Numbered from the stretch's first letter, positions 36,500 to 49,702 are shown. The stretch: DNA of 64,000 nt from Anthoceros angustus (GCA_010909165.1 MU008184.1:1-64000); one strand, 5' to 3'. Numbers and translations are program-made. Notes: a model not told the origin generated them from the sequence alone.

Positions 36500-39400
36500 A
36501 AGTTTCTCGCACCTACTAAGTAGACAAACTCACTATCCTGAATTATAGCATATGGAACATCAAGATAGAGATGCTTCTCAAAAGGTCTGAATTGTGGCGA
36601 GTGGTAGATGGCACTGAACCGATCCCGGCAAGGCCGATCTCTCCCGCTCAAGCCGCCAAATTTAAGCGACAAAGCGATCCGAAATCCTCCTCCAACGGGT
36701 GGAGACAACCGCATCAAGTAAGTCGAGTTACAAAAGACCTCCAAAGAGGTCTGGGACAAGCTCAAGGCCTCCTACCTTCGGTAATCGAGCACCACCTCAT
36801 GTGTTAGCGCCACCGTGAAATTGGTGAAGTCTTCAACTCTCGAAGGCGGCCTTCCGTTCTTGGAGAATTTGGTCCTCACAGGCGGCGCGCCTTGACCTCG
36901 ATGTTCCTCCACCCTGTGAAAATGATCCTTCTCTGTGCTTTGCCACTGTTAGTCCTTTCACCACACAAGGGTGTCGCTTCCACCAATCACCGAGCTCATT
37001 GGCAAGGATTCTCAAGGAGGTCCTCCATGTGGCCTCCTCCTCAATCCAAAGGCAGACGCTATCAAAGCCCGGCCGCCTTCTTTTCTGCAGGATTCACATA
37101 AGCCCGGATCAACACCAGCAGGCTGCAAATATTTTACAACCCTAATCCAAAGGCCGCTTCAGATTGCTTCAAGTGGGCGAAGCGGCTCTCTCACGAGGCC
37201 CAAGATCATCTGCCACTACTGCCACAAGCCCAACCACACCTCTCCAGAGTGTCGGAAGAAAGCCCGTGACAAGGCCAATGGCACGCTCAAGCCCCAAGCC
37301 AATGCAGCCACCTCTCCTGGTACCTTGCATTTGTTTTCATAACAATGCGGATCACTGCCAAGAGGACACTTGGTACTGGACATCGTGCCACAATTACCAC
37401 AGACAAGTGTTACCACGACGGAGTGGTTCTCCGACACCTACTCCACTGCCCTAACTCCTTTCAAAGTCTTCATGGGTGACAATGCATCTCATGAGGCCAT
37501 TGGTTTTGGCACTGTATCTCTGAGGTTGAACACAGGGCACCTTACACCATTGGTCAATGTGTTTCACGTCCCTGCCTTAGCCCGCAATTTGGTCTCAGTA
37601 TGCCAAGCCACAAAAAATGGCAGCAGCTTAGAATTTTTCTATGATCATTGCCTTGTCAAAACCACCATTCTTTGGTGAGTCGTGATCGTTAGATGTCCCT
37701 TGTGAAGGCCGGCTCTGCACTTTAGGTGTCGCATTTCAGTTAATTTGATCACTTCTACTCACGACATTACTATTGCAATTGACACATTAATTACCGGCAT
37801 CACCGGGTTGGACACCCAAATATACAAGCAACGATGAGCTCTCCAAACCAAGTGTTGAAGTTAATCCCGCCAGCCTCCCTTCTGTGATCTTCCTCTTTGT
37901 GAGAGCTGTGTGATGGGTAGTCATCACAAGACTCCCTTTCCAAAAAGAGTCACCACTACACCTGAAGGTCTTCTCGATGTGGTTGTCCTCGATCGTGCAG
38001 CGCGGCCCTAATGCAAACACAAACCCCCGGAGCGCCTAGTACCTTACGCCTGGCTTTTATGGACCCCGCAAACCAAAGTATTACAATCCCTTACTTTTTG
38101 AGACAAAAATCAGAAGTCTTTCCTAGCTTTCAAAAGTACAAGCCTCTTGTGGAGAATCAAATTTAGCCGCATGAGATCAAAACCCTCCGACCGATGATGG
38201 GAGAGGTATACCTCTATGAATTTGCATTTCGCCACACATGGCATAAAACGAGAGTTCACCATACCAGGCACCTCAGAGCAAAATGGCAATGCTGAAAATA
38301 AAAATAGAAATCTGCTAAACACTGCACGTAGCTTGCTTCACACTGCTAGCTTGCCTCACACATATTGGGCGTAGGCAAACCAACACTGCTTGTTGATAAA
38401 AACGGCTGCCTGCTGCTGCCTCCCATGGCTCACACCATCGTCAGTGTTTTGGCACAATAGGCGCCGACCTTTCACATTTACGCATTTTTGGCTTGCCCCG
38501 CTTTCTCACACGCCCTCGATGACAAGCGAAGAAACTAGATGCTAAGTCGTAGGAAATGTTTTCCTGTATGGTGAGGATCAGTGGTGTCAAGGCCTATCGG
38601 CCCTCCTCACCGACACTCTCCGTTTCATACCGAATGTCATCTTCAATGAAGATGCTCTCCTTCCACCGTGGGGGACAGCCCCTCCACGGGCCAAGCCCAC
38701 CTTCACATCCAATTTCACCAGACCAACTTCCCACCATTGTGGAAAATGTCATCGCTGAGGAAGGCCCCTTTGGCACCTCCAATCACCGTGCCACATTACA
38801 AGATATGGACCCTAATAAGACGGAGTGGTTCTCAACCTACTCCTTACGCCTCTAACTGGGCCTTTCAAAGTCTTGACTGGAAGTGATAAATGTATCCTGC
38901 GAGGCCATTGGTTTTGTATGTCTAAAGGTTGAATTACGGAGCTGCCACCATTGGTCAATGTGTTTCACGTCCCATAGCCACTAATTTGGTCTCGATGCCA
39001 AGCCACAAAATGGCGTGACTTAGAATTTTTCTATGATCATTGCCTTGTCAAAACCACCATTGCTGGTGAGTCGGTGACTGTTAGATGTCCCCAGGAAGGC
39101 TGTCTCTACCCCTTAGGTGTCGGCATTTCCGACAATTTCTTGCCTTTCTACGACATTACTAATTCTGCGGTGACACAATTAGCATCACTGGTGGACACCC
39201 AAACATACAACGTATGAAGGCTCTCCAAACCAAGTGTGGCCCAAATCATGACTCCTTTCCGAGGATCTTCCTCATGAGTCATGTGATGGGTAGTCATCAC
39301 AAGACTCCTTTCCAAAAGAGTCACCACTACACCAAGGTCTTCGATGTGGTTGTCTCTCTCGATGCAGCGGCCCTATGCAAACACTAATAAACCCCGCATG

Positions 39401-42121
39401 GAGGCCAAAATGTACCTTACGCTCTTTTATGGACCCCAATATCCAGTATTACATAATCCCTTACTTTTTGAGACAAAAATCAGAAGTCTTTCCTAGCTTT
39501 CAAAAGTACAAGCCTCTTGTGGAGAATCAAATTTAGGCCGCAGATCAAAACACTCCGAAACCGCAAGTGCAGAGGATTAAGATGCATCCTCTATGAATTA
39601 TAGAGCATTTATCACACATGGCATAAAACGAGAGTTCACCATACCAGGCACCTCAGAGCAAAATGGCAATGCTGAAAATAAAAATAGAAATCTGCTAAAC
39701 ACTGCACGTAGCTTGCTTCACACTGCTAGCTTGCCTCACACATATTGGGCAGAGGCAGTCAACACTGCTTGTTACTTGCAAAATCGCTTGCCTAGCTCCG
39801 CCCTCCATGGCCTCACACCATATCAGGTTTGGCACAATAGGCAGCCAGACCTTTCACATTTACGCATTTTTGGCTGCCCTGCTTTCTCACACGTTCCCGA
39901 TGACAAGCGAAAGAAACTAGATGCTAAGTCAGAGAAATGTTTTCTCCTCGGGTATGGTGAGGATCAAGGTGTCAAGGCCTATCGGCCCTCCTCACCGACA
40001 CTCTCCGTTTCATACCGAATGTCATCTTCAATGAAGATGCTCTCCTTCCACCGTGGGTGCCCTCCACCGGCCAAGCCCACCTTCACATCCAATTTCACCG
40101 TGACATTCAACCGCCACCATTGTGGAAAATGTCATCAGTGAGGAAGTGTCTCCTTTGGCACCTCCACAGGTAGTACCTCGGCGGCTCACAAGTAGTACAC
40201 CGAGTACCCATGTGGCGTCCCTCAAGGGCTCCAGCCGACCGCCCACTCCACTGCATCCCTTGCAACACTTTTGGCCGAAAGGACATGGGCGGCAGAGGTT
40301 CCCCTTCCCGATTCAGAATCTGAAGATGAGTTCTTCACTCCTGATGGTGGTACCCCTTACTCTACTCCCTTTCCCTCACCAGTTCACCCTGCAGCTGCAC
40401 CATCATCAAATGCAGCTCCTCGTGTCTCCCTTAGAGCAAACAAGGGTCAATTTACTTCTACAAAGTATCGTGATGAGGCATATTTCACCTCTCAAGCATT
40501 GCTTGGTCAGAGTGCTGAATTACCATCATATAGTGAAGCTCTAAGTGGTCCAGAATCCATACAGTGGAAGGAAGCAATAGACTCTGAATATGCTTCTCTC
40601 ATCCACAACAAAACCTGGCAGCTTGTAGACAAACCTCCCAACAGATCTGTGGTCACATGCAAGTGGGTCCTTAAGAAGAAGTACAATGCTGATGGTAGCC
40701 TTAACAAATACAAGGCTAGGCTAGTTGCTAGGGGCTTCTCGCAAAAAGAAGGTCTAGACTACAATGAGACCTTCAGCCCTGTCATCAAAATGACATCTCT
40801 CCGAGTCCTAATAGCTCTAGCTGCCATTCATCATCTCCATCTACACCAACTAGATGTCCAAACCGCATTTCTGAATGGACACTTGCGTGAGGAGATCTAC
40901 ATGACCCAACCTGAAGGCTACATCCAACAATCAAGCCCAACTAAGGTATGCCGACTGCTTCGCACCATCTACGGCCTGAAGCAATCGCCTCGGATGTGGT
41001 ATGAACGCCTACACAACTTCTTATTGTCACTTGGTTATGTTAGATGCACATCAGACTCCAATGTCTATGTCAAACGCAGCTCAGATTTATTTGTGATACT
41101 AGGTATCTACGTAGACGATATTCCTATCATGTCAAACAATTTGGCCTACCTAGCACAAGCCAAAGCAGCCCTAGCTGCAGAGTTTTCCATGACGGATGGG
41201 GGGGAATTATCCTACATCCTAGGCATGCAAGTGCAACACAATAAATCTGCAGGCACTATCACTTTAGTGCAGGAAAAGTACATAAGTGATGTCTTAGCTA
41301 GGTATAACATGTCAAACTGCAAGCCCGTAGCCACTCCCATGGAAGCTGGTGTCAAGCTTTCTAAAGACATGGAACCTTGCACTGAGGAAGAAAAGCTAAG
41401 TATGTCACAAGTACCCTATTCCAGTTTGTGTGGAAGTGTCCTTCACGGTTCTAACATGACCAGGGTAGACCTTGCCTACACCTCAAGCAATTTGGCACAG
41501 TACATGGCCAATCCTGGCCCTCGTCACTGGACATCAGGCAAGAGGGCTCTTAGGTATATGAAAGGCAGCTCAACTCTTGGGATTCGCTATGGAGGTAAAC
41601 AAGTTTCCAAAGAGCAACATCAGCTTTGTGGGTGGTCAGATTCGGACTGGGCTGGCGACACCGACTCAAGGAGGTCTACCACAGGATACGTCTTCACCCT
41701 TGGTGGCGGTGCAGTCTCCTGGCGTTCTCGCAAGCAATCCACTGTGGCGCTTTCGTCCACTGAAGCAGAATAAATGGCTGCTGCTGATGCAGTCAAAGAT
41801 TGCCTCTTCATTCGTATGCTGCTTGCAGAGATTGGCTTCCCGTGCTCCGGACCTGTTCCCCTCTTCTGCGACAACCAAAGCTGTATAGCTCTAACTGAGA
41901 ATCCTCGGTTTCACGATAGGAGCAAACATATTGCTCTTAGGTACCACTTCCTGCGCGAGAAGGTTGAAGCTGGAGAAGTTACCTTGCGTTTTTGCTCCAC
42001 CACTGATCAATGGGCAGACATGCTGACCAAGGCTCTTCCTCGAACCAAGCTTGAAGCCTGCGCTGCAGGAGTTGGTCTCGTTTCTACATCATCGACTGTT
42101 TCGATGAAGGGGGGGTGTTAG
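36500..42121 (+). pseudogene. Copia gag-pol polyprotein (frameshifts; TAA in place of Tyr in SSTEAEY at 41771)
   Basis: NYSIWNIKIEMLL; EQNGNAE and YWAEAVNTACYLQNR (integrase); YKARLVARGFSQ, QLDVQTAFLNG and YVDDI (RT); SDSDWAGD, CDNQS and ADMLTK (RNase H). The stop lies inside the 3' LTR. Confidence 0.92.
37387..40165 (+). repeat. ~1.4-kb tandem duplication of the copia protease-integrase region (probable assembly redundancy)
   Basis: 37387-38788 matches 38789-40165. Clean and indel-rich patches alternate between the two copies. Confidence 0.85.
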
Positions 42122-42294
42122 AATAGCTGACATATTCTAGTTAGCTTTCATCTCAAACAACACCTCTTCACGACTCTTCACACACGCACCTGTTCGGTCG
42201 TGCCCTCTCGTGGCATACACCTTGCAGCAGGTGTTCCCCTTAATTCAGTTCTTTCCTTCGCTCTCTCTTGGTTCCTGCATAGCGTCACACAACG

Positions 42295-42534
42295 GCATTT
42301 CCAGGAGGTGGCCTGGGAACGAGGTTGGTTGTTGGACATCGTTCGTGCCTCGAGAGCTTCCTTGGACGCGAGTTCGAAAGGGCGGCTTTGGGCCCTGGGG
42401 GCTTGGAGATAAGGGCAGGTCCTCTAGTGATGGGGTTTGACTTATTGAGATTTTACCCAAGGTAATTAGAAGCAATAAGCTAGCGCGGGAGGCACGAAAC
42501 ATTCCCTCGGGATCGAACCAACTACTACACGATA
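42295..42534 (-). mobile_element. 5' end of gypsy element D
   Basis: Removing the copia insert and one TSD copy rejoins this to 35984. Possible gag start MSNNQPRSQ at ~42350. The terminus resembles the 30599/32729 motif. Confidence 0.65.
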
Positions 42535-44825
42535 ACGGGTTATAGTGTGTATCCGGCTAGTCTGCTAGCAAAAGACGTTGCATAGTAATCAATAACATCA
42601 TATTACCTGAAACTATTTAGTTCTTCAGATCCTGTAGCAGGTTGCATCCGCCTTTCTTGTTTCCACACTCTTGTTGGAATGAACAATGGTAAAACAATGC
42701 TCATCGTTTTCTAGTTCGTACTTGTAATGAAAAGGGTATGAGGGTATCATTCTTGTGTATTACTTTGGAAAGCCCATTCTAATGATTGAAGTTGGACAAA
42801 ATGTGGTTGTGAACCCTTCGATTGCGTGTGTTGCCTATGTTGTCTCGTATGCAAAGGGGCTATTATTATAAAAGTCTGAAGCCCTTCAAGGCCGGGTGAC
42901 ATATGATCATTTGTTGCCTTCGTGTGCAAAAAGGGCTGGTTGAAGCCCTTCAGGGCCGCGAAATATATGGTCTTTGCCCCGCAATGGATCAAAGGCCTTT
43001 GACGGTCCTCTATGGTTAAAAAGCAGAAAAGTATAAGGCTGGAATGAAAAAAAAAAAAGGATTACTCGCCACCCCACTCAATGTTTGGGGGATGCCGGTT
43101 TGGAATGGGTTTAGTGTTGGTGGAGCGTGCGCGAAAAAGCTGATGAGAGTAGGGCCCTGGCCGGGTACCCTGTGCTCTCTTTTTGCGTGTTGCTGTCGCC
43201 CACGTCACGATATTCCTTCCAAAAGGGATGAAGTCTCCAGCAATCCAGTGTGTATGTCCTGGACACAGCACTGGCACTGGCACTGGCAGCGGCAGGCCCG
43301 GGGTCCGAGTCCAACTCCCAACCCATGGCCGGGAGTTGGAACCCGGATTGCCCTTGCCGAGAGATTCCATCAATGTTGCTTGGACATAGAAATCTACCAG
43401 GTCTAGAAATCCCCCGGTTATAGAGAGAGCAGAATGTAGGGCCCCAGGCTCTGATGGGGAGGGCCCTGATGAGGGCCCCTGGCCTGATGAGGGCCCTGGG
43501 CGTGGAGGCTGGAGCTCCCGATGCAGCAGAGTCCCACGCTCTACAGCACAGATCGGCCAGGACCAGCTTAATGCGGGCCAGTACCCAGCAGATCCGGGGC
43601 GATCCTGTGTCAGAGCCGAGCGCGACATTGATGGCCATGGCTGCCGCAGCCCGCTGCCCTAAATAACACATCCAGCTGTGACCTCTCCAGGCATCGCATC
43701 TCATCGTGAGTAGCTCAGGGTGTCGGGACTTCCACACTGTTGCTAGGGCAGCCTCATGATTCCCTTCCATGAAGCCGATCATCATCTCCCAACTGGCCCA
43801 ACCGGAAGGGAAGCAACGCTCCGCTGTAGCCTCCGCCTGTGCTCTTGGGCGTGAAGTGAACGCGTGCGGGTGGTGCCAGTGCCCGCTGCCCGTTGTACTG
43901 TGCAACACTTACTTATGTTTGTACATTTGTACATTGTTGTATGTACCGCGTCAGTAATTGCGACATCACGACAGCAGTATGCCAGGATTCCTGCCCCTGC
44001 CCCTCCCGATGGCCTTGGCGCCTGCTGTGTGAAAGAGCGGAATGGGGCGATATGGGAGTGGGAATGGAATCATTCACCACGCGGCTGATGAGATGGCTGA
44101 TGAAGATGGCGTTATAATTAATTAGGTACACAACTTTCTGATTCCTTTCCCTATGCAAGGGCCGTGTGTTGGGCTTGGCTGGCTAACGGTGCCGCGCCGC
44201 AGAGGGCCCTGTGCAGTGCGCACTCGCAGACGAAAGAGATGGAACATTTGAATTCCGAAAGCAGCAGGAGGAGCAGGAGGCAGGTGAAGGGAGCGGGGAG
44301 CGTGGGACGGGACGAAGGGCAGGGGAAACGGGAAACGGGGAAGGCAACAGTCGCGCGGTTAACGGGACTTCCGTCGGAGTAGGTGGGGTAACCTTACCTA
44401 CCACTGCCGTCCGTCCAGTGCCAGGCCGTCGTACCTGCAAGGTAAAAGTGCGGTGTAGATGAGCCAGAGGGAAGCGAGAGGGAGAGGGGGGCCCCCAGGA
44501 GTCGTCGTCGTCGACGAGTCGAGACTCGACCACAGTCATGACTAGTGCAGTCTAGTCGACTGGGGGCAGCGGCCCACGAGGGAGAGAGCGGAACGGAGCC
44601 TGGAGGGTGGGCTGGGCAGGCAGCCCAGGCCCAAAGGCGACGCAACGCAACGCAACGCCAGGGAAGGAAGGGAAGGGAAGGGAAGAGAACTGCGGAAGGG
44701 AAGGAAGAAGGAAGAAGGAAGAAGGGAAGGGAAGGGAAGGAAAGGCATGGTACCTGGCTGGCGCGGGTGCAACAGGTACGGAAGGAAGTCGCAGCACCGG
44801 GCATCCATCAACGGCGGCACGGGCC

Positions 44826-46066
44826 ATGGCGAATGGCGCTCACCCGCTCGGAATCCATGCTGCTGCCGCCGCGCCTCCCTCGCCCTCCTCTTCCTCCTTC
44901 ACGCGCCACCATCACCACCACCAGCAGCTCCAGCAGCAACAACAGCAGCAGCAACAGCAGCATCTCCTGCAGCATCATCGGCTGCACCAGCACCAGCTCC
45001 AGCAGCAGCAACAGGGGTTATTCCTGCACCAGATTGCCGGCTCGCCGGGGGCCGGGCCCGGGCCCGCCTCCGGGCCAGCCATGGATCAGGCCACGGCCAC
45101 CAGCGAGGGCGAGTCGCTGGACGCCAAGAGCCCCGAGGCCGACCGGGCGGAGAGCGTGCGGGAGGGGGAGGGGCCTGGTAGCACGTTATCACCACTGGTG
45201 GCAGCAGCAGCAGGAGGAGGAGGCAAGGGGGGAACGGGAAGCATAGCAGCAGCAGCAGGAAGCATAACGGCAACAGCAGCAGCCTCTGGAGCAGCAGCAG
45301 CAGCAGGAGCAGCAGGAGCAGGCTCGAGTGCGGTAGTAGCCGTAGCAGCAGGGACAGCAGGGACAGCAGGGGCAGGGTCGGGCAGGGGCAAGCAGAAGGA
45401 TAGCTTCGCGGACTGGAGCAACGGAGCGATCAATTCGCTGCTGGACGCATTCACGGAGAAGAACGAAGAATTGAACGGACGGAACTTGCGGGGACGGGAC
45501 TGGGAGGAGGTAACCAGCGCAGTGAACGCGCGCGGCGATGGCAACAAGCCCGCCAAGAGCGTGCTGCAGTGCCGCAACAAGCTGGACAATCTCAAGAAGC
45601 GGCACAAAATTGAAAAGGATAAAATGTTCACCACCGGCTCCGCCAAGACCAAGTGGCAATGGTTCGCAAAGATGGATTCCATCGTCGGCCGCACCACCAA
45701 GCAGCCTCGCCCCGCGGTGCCCTTGCCCCTGCCCCTACCCCTGCCATTGCCCCTCTCCGACGATGCTCCCTCCTCCGCCTCCCAGCTCCCGCCGCTCCTC
45801 CCCCTGGCCCTCCCGCCGGGTCCCGGCCCCGGCTCCGCTTCTGCCGATCCCGCCTCCTCGGATCCCCGGAGAAAACCTCCCCGCAAGAAGCTCAAGGTCT
45901 CGACGCACCACGACGAGGCCGAGGCCGGCGACGGTACTTTCACCACTCTCTCCTTCTTCGTCTTCCTTTTCCTCCTCCTCCTCCTTCTTCAGCAGCGTCC
46001 CGTCCACTTGTCCAGTTGCAAATTGCGCTTCAGCTCAGCTCGGAAGCATATCATCCAATGTTATAG
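44826..46066 (+). CDS. Trihelix transcription factor (Myb/SANT-like DNA-binding domain, SIP1/ASIL-like) with His/Gln-rich N-terminus
   Basis: WSNGAINSLLDAF...LRGRDWEEV...KSVLQCRNKLDNLKKRHKIEK...WQWFAKMDSIVG; NLS-like PPRKKLK. Exon 1 is 44826-45933 (GT at 45934). Simplest ending is a 59-nt pyrimidine-rich intron to AG at 45992 with TAG at 46066. The 3' structure is uncertain. Confidence 0.85.
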
Positions 46067-46605
46067 CGCAAGGCAGCCAGGCGGGGCCGGGCAGCAGCAA
46101 GCAGCATCAGCCTCAGCAGCCGCAGATCTGTGGCGGCGGCAGACCCGAAGGAAGGCAAGGCAAGGCAAGGCGAGGCAAGGCCAGGCTAAGGGGAAGGAAA
46201 GGAGAGGAGCGTTTTTCCATCCATCCATGGCCGCGGGGCCGGCCGTGGACGGACGGAAAAATGGTGGCTGCTCTGTTCTGCTCTGTCTGGGCCTCGCACG
46301 CTCGGCAGGTCAGGCCTGCCTGCCTTTTCCCCTGAACTCAGGCGAAAGTTGAGCCTCCCGTCCCAACCCGACCGTCTCTGGCTGGGCTTGCCTTTGGCCC
46401 GGCCTGGCCTGGCCTGGCATCCTGCCTGCCTGCGCGGTCGACGCACGCTACTGCAGTCGAGTCGAGCGTGTCCCCGCGCTGCGCCTGCGCCGTTTCCCCG
46501 CCCCGCCCCGTTACGCCTCGCCCTGGCGTCACCCGGAGTCTCCTGGACCACGGCAGCAGTAGGCAGCAGTTTTGGGAGCAAGCGAGTTGAGCCGAGCTCG
46601 CGGAC

Positions 46606-49600
46606 ATGGCGTCTCCCCTACTACGCTTTTTGCCTCTGCTACCACTGCTGCTGCTGCTCTGCTGCTGCTGCTGCTGCTGCTACCAGTGTGGTGCCGACCT
46701 GCCTGCTGGCTACTGCTCCTCTTCCAGCTTGGAAGAAGGTGAGGGTGCAAGTGCCATCCACAGTGCCTCACTGTGCTCGCTCTCTATCTGCTCTCAGCTC
46801 CAAGCCATGAATGAGCCCATAAGTGTGCATGGCCATCCACGGCTGCTAGCTGGCCGCTGCCCGGCGTGCTGTGAATGCGCGCACTATGGTGGTGGCTGCT
46901 CACTGCCTGGCGACGCTGTTGTCGCGGGAGCCACTCGTTCCCACCCCCATGCCCTGCACGCTGCCTAGGGTTCTTTGCCTCTTGCCCGGGCGCTTCTATC
47001 CGGCCCTTGGATCTGCGTGTGTTGTTGCGTTTGGATCTCTCGCCTCTTGTGTGTTTGCATTGAGTTGCTGAAGTTTGCGGCTGGCTGCCTTTGATATCTC
47101 AGATGACATGGACTTTCCGGGAACGGCTGGTAGAGCTCAAGGCGCCGAGGAACCTTGGGCTCAAAACGTCTACTCCAAAGTCACAGAGCCCACTCTTGCA
47201 GCTGCTCATTTGCGAGGTAGATTTCGTTTTTCTAAAAGATCACACACATCACAGATTGTGGCTTTTTGGCTTAGTGGATTCTCCCATCCTACAGACAGGT
47301 ATCGACTGCCATATTTCTCGAGTACAGGGATGGTGCACAGTTGAAGGCAAGGCATGCAGCGTTCCGAGTCCCTGCAACTCAACTTTGATAATGTTGACAA
47401 CTTGCCTTGAACTGATATATCAGCATCTGCCACACTTTTTGGAGCAACGTTTGGATCATGAGGATAATAAATATACAGCCGAACGCTGACAGTTTTCACT
47501 CAGGATGAAAGTGGTTAACATGCTCTTCATTTTGACGTGCTGTGCAGATTTACCAGGATTTACGAGAAGCGTGTATGAGAGGGATTATGCACTTATAGCA
47601 CCAGAGAGCCAAGTCTACAGTCCTTTGCCTGGCTGGTACTTGATTCTGCCTTTGGTTTGAGTTCTATCAGATGTCATGTGTGAGGTCTGCAGACAGAGCT
47701 CTTTCATGCTTCTTCTGCCGCTTGTTGTGGTGCACACGCCTTAAGATGGTGGAAGCCAGGACTTGACATTTTCTGGTCTGGGTTTCTTTGTAGGGTGAAT
47801 ACATTGGGTGCTTATTTAATCACGCCAGCCATGGGGTCTCATTTTTCTATGTATTTGGCTCAAATGAAAGGTTTTCTTCCGCAGTGTCTTCCTTCAGTTT
47901 CGTAGCTTTGCATCGAGCTGTTCCATAGGTGGTTGTAGTTCTTTTAGATATTTTGTCTTGGGCCTCCACATCTGAGCTGCATTGTATGTTATGTGTTTCT
48001 TCCTTGCGGTGTATAGTTCTGTATGTGCTCTTTGCAGCAGCTATATTCTTTATCCTCATCAGACTGAGCATGTTTCGTATGTGTAGGTAATTCAACTTCT
48101 GCTCCTCCACTTGGGGACGTTGAGAGGTAGTCTGTTTGACTTGTGGCATTTCCTTCAATGAATTGCACTCCTTGTCCAAAGCTTCTTGATAGACGGTTGT
48201 TGGCGTGGTCTGTCCTCATTCATTTGCCTGCGCCGTCCTCTCTGACATGCATGTGGTCCATGCAGGTTTATCTTTGTTGTGAAAGGTGAATTACAACTTT
48301 CAACCAGTTCAACTGAGGGCTACAATATGCATGTACAACTTCATATCATTTGCCTCGTTCTTATAGTTCTGCTCTGCTACGTGACCTCACCGTAACTTCA
48401 TACAAATTGAACGGCCTTCGGAAAAGCCTACTGATATATCTAGACGTGCTGCTGCCAGGTGGACTGGTTTGCCTATTTGCCACCGAACACGCAACACTCT
48501 CTGAAGTCAAGCTACGCAGCAACAATTGTTGTTTTTGAGCGAAGGTTAGCATTCATGTGAAATGAGTTTTTGCTGGTGCCCTTTTCCTTCAAGGGTACGT
48601 TTTTGGTGCTCGGAGCTGTATGTCAGTACAAAATGTGGGAGGATATGAGGCACTCATCGGCGTGCGAGCACGTCCTGACAAGATGTCTGCATGATGTCAC
48701 CTGACATGATGTCCATGTTGCTTATTTTTTGTTTAATGAATTCTGATAATCCATGTTCCTTATGACTTCTGGTGGTTGATGATAGATACATCAAAGATAT
48801 CGTTCACATGGATACGCCAGAACTGATTGTAGGAGTGACAGACAAACAGCCTGTGCTCGAGACACCTGGAGAGGTGAGAGCTGTTCCATGATGTTTGAAA
48901 AGTGTGGTGAAAACGGTTTGTGATCTCAGCACCTGCCTACTATTCTATTCAGGTATTTGCACTGAGGAAGTTGCTACCTACATCGTCAACTTACGACTTC
49001 AACATCCATGTATGTATCTAGGAAGGTGTAGCAGAGAATTTACATGGGCTTTGAGTCGGTTGTTAATGCGGTGGGTTTCACGTGTTATTAGGTCATGGAT
49101 TTTCAACCTGGCGAGTTTTTGAATGTTAAGGTAAGTCCAACAATGGATTATGGATTGATCCATATGCCACAGTAGGTGAAATTATTGTGAGATGTTTCCG
49201 GAAATCACATTACAAGATTTTCTAATTGGTCTTCGCGTTTCCCAGGAGGTGCACTACTTTCAACATGGTCTTCTTCTTTTGGAAGGACGTGGTATTTACC
49301 GGCTCGGAGACAAGTGGTAGGTGCAATTTGTGGTGAGAGGTCACATCTGTTGCTCACTTCGGGTCTGAAAATGGTGTCACAAGATCATTTATGAGAGACC
49401 AATTCGTGGAGTTTTGTATGGCACATGCTCCAATGATGTAAAAGGCCTGTAACAGGATGTGTGGTGGACATAAATGCAGGCACCCAGTGCAGGCTGGAGA
49501 CGTTATCTGGATGGCTCCTTTTGTCCCGCAGTGGTAATGTGCTTTGCATTTGGGCTAAGTATTTGGTGCCAGTTCTTATCAGAGTGCATCCGACCTGATA

Positions 49601-49702
49601 TTGCTGTATTTGTCCACCAGGTATGCTGCTCTTGGTCGCACAAGATCGCGGTATCTCCTCTACAAGGATGTGAACCGAGACCCCTTGCTGCACCCCTACT
49701 AG
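46606..49702 (+). CDS. UGLYAH: (S)-ureidoglycine aminohydrolase, 13 exons, 331 aa, with N-terminal signal peptide
   Basis: GT-AG exons 46606-46738, 47103-47216, 47548-47635, 47794-47870, 48087-48126, 48266-48332, 48459-48544, 48786-48873, 48953-49009, 49092-49130, 49246-49316, 49480-49533 and 49621-49702 join in frame (996 nt). Product: DLPGFTRSVYERDYALIAPES, AYLITPAMGSHF, MDFQPGEFLNVKEVHYFQHGLLLLEG.GIYRLGD.W.PVQAGDVIWMAPFVPQWYAALG.TRSRYLLYKDVNRDP. Confidence 0.95.

Larger units (their letters stand above)
35990..42289 (+). mobile_element. Complete Ty1/copia element with ~170-bp LTRs, nested in the gag of element D
   Basis: LTRs 35990-36158 and 42116-42289 (TGTTAG...CACA). Perfect TSD CAACG at 35985-35989 and 42290-42294. 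Degenerate tRNA-iMet-like PBS at ~36159-36173; PPT GATGAAGGGGGGG at 42103-42115. Order is gag (CHYCHKPNHTSPEC)-PR-IN-RT-RH. Confidence 0.95.

Noticed and set aside
41771-41773. Programmed stop read-through in copia RNase H
   Set aside because: TAA replaces the conserved Tyr codon of SSTEAEY by one substitution, so it is a mutation or a sequencing error.
43062-43908. 188-aa and 265-aa minus-strand ORFs
   Set aside because: No recognisable domain, low-complexity content and non-ATG starts; cannot be supported without a search.
44545-46810. Numerous overlapping long ORFs, including the 581-aa 44607-46352 call as one protein
   Set aside because: Shadow frames of GC-rich, microsatellite-rich sequence. 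The supported coding part starts at ATG 44826 and has a splice donor at 45934.
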